A stretch of 45,297 nucleotides of DNA, filler included, from Catajapyx aquilonaris (taxonomy: Eukaryota), in the NCBI GenBank assembly GCA_000934665.2. It is 2 parts of 2 records of this genome, joined end to end, with 100 filler letters (N's around TTAATTAATTAA, not from the genome) between each part and the next. Parts side by side here need not be neighbours in the genome. Positions count along the whole stretch, not along the records: positions 22,724 to 45,297 come from KZ539425.1; 1 more part is not named here. One strand, given 5' to 3'. Made by a program: the position numbers and the translations under genes. The notes beneath the pieces are model-generated. The model did not search any database. It was given only the letters and a program-made list of their open reading frames with translations, and was not told the DNA's origin. Positions 38,175 to 45,297 of the stretch are shown piece after piece (position 1 is the stretch's first letter; each line of letters begins with the position of its first letter).

Positions 38175-38653
38175 GTTTTCATGACAAGATTCATATTTTG
38201 TGTTGCATGTTGTATGAGAAATTGTTGTTCCAAGCAATAATGGATATGGCCATTGACTGGAGCTATGAAAAGTGGGGTCAGTGCAGGTGGGTAGGGATTC
38301 TTAGGTGCTTTTGTCACCTCTTGTGCCTGGCCAAATCCGTTGTTGCTTCTAACAATGAAAGGGTGCACACAGTTTCCATGCTAAATCTTCATATTGATCA
38401 AACTTCATGGGAACAGAAAAAACCTAAACTGAAAATGAATCTACAGCCAGTCTAGATAATTTGAGTAAAAACATAATTTCCCTAGCTCAAGGGGAACCTT
38501 AAGAATTTTGGCCAAACATTAGCATTATATCCGATAAGGAATTTTTTTCCAGATTTTAATACAAAACCGGTTATAGTGGGGACAGTAATGACTACCGGTA
38601 TTGAATATTTTAAAGATGCGAATGGTCTACAAAAATGGCATAATAATACAATA

Positions 38654-39644
38654 CCGTAAAATGGGGCTACTTTGATCCTGCTTTCGTCCAAGCACATACC
38701 AAGTACTTCAAAAATGCATAATATATTAATATGGCAGGTAATGATACTAACTACATGTAATAATATAAGCACAGTCAGAATCACTTAGGATTGGTGCATC
38801 TGTGGTAAAGGTGTCATACATCGAAGTTCGTAAACCCGCCAGCAGAGGGCTACTTTCCACCAGTCACTTTGGCACGCGTTTTCAATAAGTCCGTACTGCT
38901 AAGAACAGTGCAGCTGCATGATTGTGTAGGCATCACGTTCATTTAGCATGCAAGGATTTGTAGTACATTCCAGGCATATGTAAGTCACGAAATAATGCTT
39001 ATCAGGAATTGTGAGGGGGAAAAGAAATCAAAAAAGTTGTAAGTGCTGGGGGTTACTTTGGTCCAGAATATGCTTGGACCAAAAGAAGCCCCAAGACTCC
39101 TTGTACATTATGGCCATGATAAACTGGGCTCTCTGGGTACAGTCAGTGAGTAAAAAACGGGTCTCCATGCCATTACCAATGTAGTACCATACCAGTAGCA
39201 TTTGTACTCATATACAGTATTTGATTATTCAGACGAAATACCATTTAAAAATACAGACTATTCAGACAAATATAGCTACTGCTGCTTCGAATTATATCCG
39301 AGGGACCTCCCATCTCCAAGATGTACAAATGTCTTGGCCTATATGGATTATCTGGACCAATAACACTCAATGGGGTTTAATTTATTCACTCATGGACATT
39401 TTTCCAAGGGATTCATCATACTGGACTAAAGTAGCCCCCACACCATGGGGCTTCTTTAGTCCAATTTTGCAATTTTCTGTACAGTGTTACTGTATATAAT
39501 CTACACTGCACGAACAATAGTGCAAAAGTGTTGCTAAGATGTTCAAGAAACATGCATAATTTTTTTACAGTTCGAAACTGCAATAGTAAGGGAGATATTA
39601 ACCAAAATAACCAAAGATTGGTACAAAGTAGCCCCATTTTACGG
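38654..39644. mobile_element. pogo/Tc-type MITE, TA TSD
   Basis: TA|CCGTAAAATGGGGCTACTTTG...CAAAGTAGCCCCATTTTACGG|TA; internal copies of the GGGG(C/T)TACTTT motif near 39048 and 39428. Confidence 0.85.
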
Positions 39645-40525
39645 TATATCTCGAAACATGAGATCACTGTGAAAAATGGGATTGATAATATCTTGAAAAC
39701 AGTCATGCCCATGCCCCTTAATTTCCCTATAAGGAGCAGTGGTACGGTAATTATACTAATTAATTATGTGAAAGATATAATTAGGCCTACAATCATAGAA
39801 ACGTGTTTACAGGAAATATTTACACATTGGAAGAATGAATTCTACTGATTTGATGGACCAGCCCCACAGTCTGAAACAGTGAATCATCCACGAAAGTTCA
39901 AAAGTGCACATCAGTTGGAGGCCTTCTGGAGCCGTTTTGTGCATATAATATGCACTTGACTAAACTCGGTACCAAATTACCTGTCTAATTGTGGCAAATA
40001 ACATGATGCATCATGTGAATAATTTTGAGTCATCATAGTCTGGGACCACATTTTGAAAGCTTTCAGCAATGATTGCCACAATAACATTATTGCTTGTGTT
40101 TATAGGCCAGTAACAAGCCTAATGCCAAGTTCCTATGCCCAGCAGTTTTAAATACGTATAGCAGGCAGTTTTGATGTTATTTTTGTATACATAAAATCTT
40201 CTTCCCATCATTGGAGCAAAGAATATTTTTTTTGGTCCAATCTAAACGGAAAAATTGCAAGCTTGCTCTTTGCAACACATTCCTTAAAAGTGGGGAATTT
40301 GAACCTAATACACGTTACCTACTTAATCATTTATTACCATCAAGATTTATTGTTACCCAGTTATAGAATGCTTGAATCATAATACAGGGTGGTCAGACAG
40401 CTGTCAGCTTCCGAGCAGGAAGGTCGTGTGGGGTTGGGGCTGTGCACGTGCGCTAAAAGGGCCGGATAAGTTTCCCCAGTTTACTGGCACTAGTGTCTAC
40501 CTGGAACTAGTGTGCACCCATCCAA

Positions 40526-41536
40526 ATGGGGACCGTAACACTCTTGCAAATCGGTGAGTTGTTGGACGCCTTCAAGGCGGACTTTCTGTCCAGGATGGAT
40601 GCTGCCATGCTGAATCTGCGTGCCTCCATGGAGGAATCCAACCGTCAAATTTTGGAGCAATTGGAGGGTCAAAAGGAGGCAACGAAAATCCTGCGGGCAG
40701 AAAACGACCAGCTGTGGACCGAAAATACGCAGCTAAAGTCACGTATGGAGACACTAGAAAATCAATCCCGTAGAAACAACGTCATACTTCGGGGGGTGCA
40801 GGAACGTGAGGGCGAAACCTGGGCGGATGCCGAAAGCCTTTTCCGCAAAACAGTGTCGGACTACCGACTACACTCGGCGCCCGGTCAAATTGAGATCCAA
40901 CGAGCGCACCGACTGGGTCCCAGGCAACAGGGACGAAACCGCCCCATTATTGCTGCACTCCTACGCTTCAAGGATACAGACGAGATAATCTCCAATGGAA
41001 GGAACCTCAAGGACTCTTCGATTAGTTTGGCGGAGGACTTCTCGTCATCGACACGAGACAAGAGGCGACAGTTGACACCCTACCTAAAGGAGGCCAAGAT
41101 GAAGGGCAACAAAGCACGACTCAGGGTGGACAAGCTGATTGTGAACGGGACGCAATATGAATTGACGGAGGACGGCCGCGACATCCAGATGTCCTACCGC
41201 AACTACGGGAGGCAGTTTACGGATCGCAGCTCTGACGTCATCGAGGTGGCTCCGTATGGAAAAAGGCCTGTACAATCCCCGATGAATGTGGACAGCACAG
41301 CAAAGAAACCAAATACAACGAATACCAGCCCACAGCAACAACATGAAGCTGGAGACGACCATGACCTCGTCCATGATCAAGCGGCTGTTGACCTGAGTGA
41401 ACCGCCTATTGACGACGGGGAAGAACTCGTCGAGAACCAGGCGCAGTCGCACACGCTGCCCGTAGCAGCCAAGCTAAGTAAATTTAAGCGTAACCAGCCG
41501 AAAGGGAAAGAGCCCCAGCAAGCTCCTGGGAACTAA
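40526..41536 (+). CDS. LINE ORF1 (coiled coil + L1 Transposase_22-like RRM/CTD)
   Basis: Heptad region, then LENQSRRNNVILRGV.E, IQRAHRLG...RPIIA, EDFS..TR..RR.L, DKLIVNG. Confidence 0.88.
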   Translation: MGTVTLLQIGELLDAFKADFLSRMDAAMLNLRASMEESNRQILEQLEGQKEATKILRAENDQLWTENTQLKSRMETLENQSRRNNVILRGVQEREGETWADAESLFRKTVSDYRLHSAPGQIEIQRAHRLGPRQQGRNRPIIAALLRFKDTDEIISNGRNLKDSSISLAEDFSSSTRDKRRQLTPYLKEAKMKGNKARLRVDKLIVNGTQYELTEDGRDIQMSYRNYGRQFTDRSSDVIEVAPYGKRPVQSPMNVDSTAKKPNTTNTSPQQQHEAGDDHDLVHDQAAVDLSEPPIDDGEELVENQAQSHTLPVAAKLSKFKRNQPKGKEPQQAPGN

Positions 41537-44500
41537 CAACTAAAATGTGTCAGTGACTCTCAGATACCTTTAACAAGTTCGCAGATAGCTTGTTGGAATA
41601 TCGCGGGTACCTCGATTCTTGATCGAGCTTCTGATATTCTCAATGGGCAATCAAACTGTATAGTACTAGGTCTGTTGGAAACATGGTGCGCGATACCTGT
41701 GTCACTACCTTCCCTCGAGTGTCGTTATTCTTTTTTCCAAACTCCGGCAGTGAAACTACACAAAGTTGGCCGCGGAATGGTGTTACTAGTTGCAAAAGCA
41801 TGGGCTATCACTGTGGTGCGGTCCTCTGAGTGGTTTATTGCAGTCAAATTGATTCTCGGTACTGTTTCCTTTGTGGTTATTCTTGTCTATTGTGTGCCAA
41901 GTGGCGATTTTGCGGACATGCTGAATGAACTTGCTTTGATGATCAATGATGTGTATGATGATGGTGACCCTGTTTTGCTGATGGGCGACTTTAACGCCCG
42001 GCTGGGCAATTATTTCTCACAGATTAACCCCAGCATTAGTGGCCCCAACCAGTTGCTGGTTAGGGCATCCAGAGACAGTGTATTGAACCGCAGGGGCAAA
42101 CTTTTTTGGAACTTTGCGGAGGATTTATCTCTTACGATAGTAAATGGTACCACCAGGTCAGATGCGAAAGGGGAATACACGTTCGTTTCACACCAAGGCT
42201 GCTCAGTAATTGACCTCATTGGAGTGTCCGAGTTGGCGTATAGCTGGACTCAGGACTTCCAAGTTCTAAATCAAATTGGATCCGACCATTTCCCAGTAGT
42301 CTTGTCCCTCACCCTTCCCACCTACCACGTTGCGGTGTACCGACCTACTCCTATAATGAAATTAGCTCCTACTTGGTCGCCACTCGACCATCTGGCAGAC
42401 AAAATAGAGGAATGGGACTTATTGGAACTTCCTAACCAGATGACCCCGGGTAATGACATACAGGCGACATTGGATAGTTCGGCGATATCTTTCCAAGAAA
42501 ACGCACAGGCTCTTTTGCGCGACCAAGGCTTACTCTACGAATTTAGACCACCCAGCCCTAACAACATTCGAATAAATACAGCAAGATGGTACGACTCGGA
42601 ACTTAGGGATAGGAAAAAACAAGTGCTTGCCAAATTAGAACTATGGCGGAAACAGCCGACGCCGCAACTTTCGCTGGAATATAGGTCAATGAACTCAGAA
42701 TACAAAAACCTAAAGATAGCAAAAGCAAAACGATACACAGCTGAAAGGCTGAAATTATTAACAGAGACAAAGGAGGCCAAAACTTTTTGGCGCATAATCA
42801 AGGAAACCGAGAACAATAGGAATCGTGCCTCCATACCAGACGGAAATTGGTGGGAATACATAAACGAGGCTTTCGGTTCAGGTTGCCGATTCGACGACAT
42901 GCCCTTGGAGCCAAGGTCGACGTGTAATTCGAGATCGGACTTGATCCTTCTGAAATATATTTCTCAGGACGAGTTACTGGCACAAATCAAGAAGTTGAAC
43001 GGCAATAAATCAGTGGGACCCGACTTCGTATCAAACTCATTCCTAAAGATTGAATCGAAACCGTTGGTTGACTACTTGCTGGGTCTTTTCAATACGTGCC
43101 TGGACACGGCTTCGGTCCCCTCAAATTGGCCTAAAGCTCATGTGATTCCGATTTACAAAAAAGGCGATCCGGACTTGCCGGCAAACTATCGACCAATAAC
43201 GTTATTCAATAATATTTTTAAGCTCTACACTTCCGTTCTGGTCAAGAGACTACAAACCTGGCTTGAAACAAATGACACCCTCCCGGACAGCCAAGCGGCC
43301 TTTAGGCAGGGGCGTGGCTGCCAGGACCAAATCTATATACTAACTACGTTGATACAGTCACGCTTGAGAAGACCGAAAGGGAAACTCTTTGCGCTATTCG
43401 TGGACTTATCGCGCGCTTTTGATAGTGTGGACCATGCCGCTCTGTGGAGGCAGTTAATCTCGGTTGGCTTACCTTGGAAATTTGTCACAACTATTAAGGA
43501 CATATACTCCAAAGTTCGCCTAGTCCCGAAGTTTGCGCAAAGCGAGGAGTTAGCAGTTGCAATAGGGGTCCCGCAGGGTGAACCCCTTTCTCCTACACTA
43601 TTTAATATCTTCATATCAGACATTGACGAATACTTTGCGAATAATGGCGCTCCAGGGGTATCGATAGCTACAAATTGTCCGGACGTGCACCTTCTTGCCT
43701 ACGCTGATGATCTGGTTCTTTTGTCAGACAATCCAGTATACTTCGAGAAGAACATAACCATTCTTCACAACTACTTTGAAACTAAAAATTTGACGATTAA
43801 TTTGGGAAAGACGAAGGTAATGGTTTTCTCGAATGCCGGAAGAATGCACAGCCGGACTTTCTATTTGGACGCAGTGCCGCTGCAACAAGTTAAAGAATAC
43901 ACATATTTGGGAGTGCCTTTCTACAACAACGGAAATTTTAAACGTTCCTTGCAGTTCTTCATAGGGAAAGCGAAAGTGGCAATTCACGCGCTCTGGGCCA
44001 CTCTATTGAAACTCAAGAAGAGACCTCAAGGTGGCGCTCAGACTCTTCTACTCGAAGATTTTTCCGATATTGACCTACGCGGCGCCGGTCTGGTCTTTGG
44101 GCTATTTTGAAGAGTTAGAAGCAATTTATAACCTATACATAAAGAAGTTTTTCGCACTGCCGAAAACTACCGCCGGATATTTTTTGTGACTCGAACTTAA
44201 CTTAAAACCCATTCGACCGCGTTTGATCAAATGGCTTATACGGTTTCTTCTTAAATTGGGTAGAGCTGGAAGTGACTCGCTGCTTCACAGGGCATTCACG
44301 TGCAGCCAAAAAACAGTATCGGGGCACAAGAAGTCAAAATGCTGGATTGAAAGGGCGAGGGTATACCTAGCGGAAGCGGACGCTGCTCTTGATTGCCTCG
44401 AGGATACTGATATGGCTGCATCCCTCGCTAAGCTGACCGAAAACTGTCACCGGGACGACTTGCTGAGACTTAACTCAACTACACGATATGTAAACTATCT

Positions 44501-44879
44501 GGATGCCTGGCAAGACATCCTGAACATACCATCCGAGATACCATCTTATTTGGACGGGTCTTTGCCACTTCCTATATCAAGGCTTATTATTAATATTAAA
44601 AATAGTTCACCATATATTCGGATAAAAGATCAGACTTTGAAGCTAAACAATGACGAATACTGTGAATACTGCAACTTGGATGAGCCTTTCACTTTATATC
44701 TTATAATCTACAGTTGCCCTATATTTGCAACCCCCAGACAAACTTTCCTAAATGATTTCCCGTCGGCCCCTGGTTTTAATTTAGTCCGAATGACCAATAA
44801 CCTGACTCGCGAGGATCACTACAGCCTTTTCAACTTCATCTCGAATGTGCTCAGAAGAGTAACATTCTGTGCATATTGA
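41537..44879 (+). CDS. LINE ORF2 (AP endonuclease + reverse transcriptase + C-terminal Cys motif), with a frameshift near 44020 and a TGA near 44187
   Basis: IACWNIAG, GLLETW, GDFNAR, SVIDL, SDHFPV; NYRPITL, QAAFR, FVDLSRAFDSV, GVPQGEPLSPTLF, YADD, YTYLG; after the frameshift PILTYAAPVW; CEYC...IIYSC. Confidence 0.92.
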
Positions 44880-45142
44880 GAAACGAGCAGTGTAATTCTT
44901 TCCGCTTTCGCATGCGACATGCCGCTTCCCCAATTTCTTGAGCCCAGGTCATATATTGTATTTGTGTACTCTACAAGTGCTTTGGCCCCCTCTTACCTGC
45001 TTTTTGTCAACTGATAACCCACACATGCACCTCATGCTTCTTTCCTTGCCCCACCCTCCTTGATATTAAGTTTGTACGGATGTCTCCCCCTAATGGCTAT
45101 GCCCAACGGGGTAAATTAAATAAAATAATAATAATAATAATA

Positions 45143-45297
45143 CAGGGTGGTCCAACTTTTTTGTCCGAACAGCTATTGACAAATTCGGCCTAAGCTGCTT
45201 ATGTTGTAGTGCGTTACCTGGCAACCCCGGCCAGCGGGCCAATTCAAACACCAGCCCATGGAGAGCGCTTCCATTGTTGCCACTGTTTACAAATCGA
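45143..45297. mobile_element. Left part of a Tc1/mariner-type MITE (family of 6027-6235), target of the LINE insertion
   Basis: TA|CAGGGTGGTCCAACTTTTTTGTCCGAACAG matches the TIRs at 6027 and 6235. Confidence 0.8.

Larger units (their letters stand above)
40395..45136 (+). mobile_element. Full-length two-ORF non-LTR retrotransposon (APE-RT, RTEX-like; clade assignment tentative)
   Basis: 5' UTR, ORF1, ORF2, 3' UTR, (AAT)n tail; TSD ATAATACAGGGTGGTC at 40379-40394 and 45137-45152. Confidence 0.93.

Overview
Eukaryotic (arthropod-like invertebrate) genomic DNA, rich in transposons. It contains two N-gaps; the second is an artificial 100-nt linker (44 N + TTAATTAATTAA + 44 N, 22624-22723), so the two halves may not be neighbours in the genome. 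Left half: a 16-exon, 5'-incomplete but frame-intact RPAP1 gene on the minus strand (4473-21690). Its introns hold a full-length Ginger2/KRBA2-type integrase DNA transposon, many MITEs and tRNA-derived SINEs. Right half: a Helitron PIF1-helicase relic; a GC3-rich 4-exon piwi/aubergine gene with one frameshift; a decayed, 3'-truncated mitochondrial poly(A) polymerase (MTPAP) copy followed by three open orphan exons; an RTE 3' fragment; and a full-length APE-RT LINE. Most notable: (i) LINE ORF1 and an AUG-less ORF2 are in the same frame, separated by one stop in a CARYYA readthrough context (TAA-CAA-CTA); (ii) this LINE is inserted into the terminal repeat of a Tc1/mariner-type MITE; (iii) two SINEs share a 3' double-hairpin architecture with the LINE; (iv) a decaying piwi-MTPAP block whose last MTPAP exon is splice-phase compatible with the orphan exons. 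All calls come from manual reading; no database searches were run.
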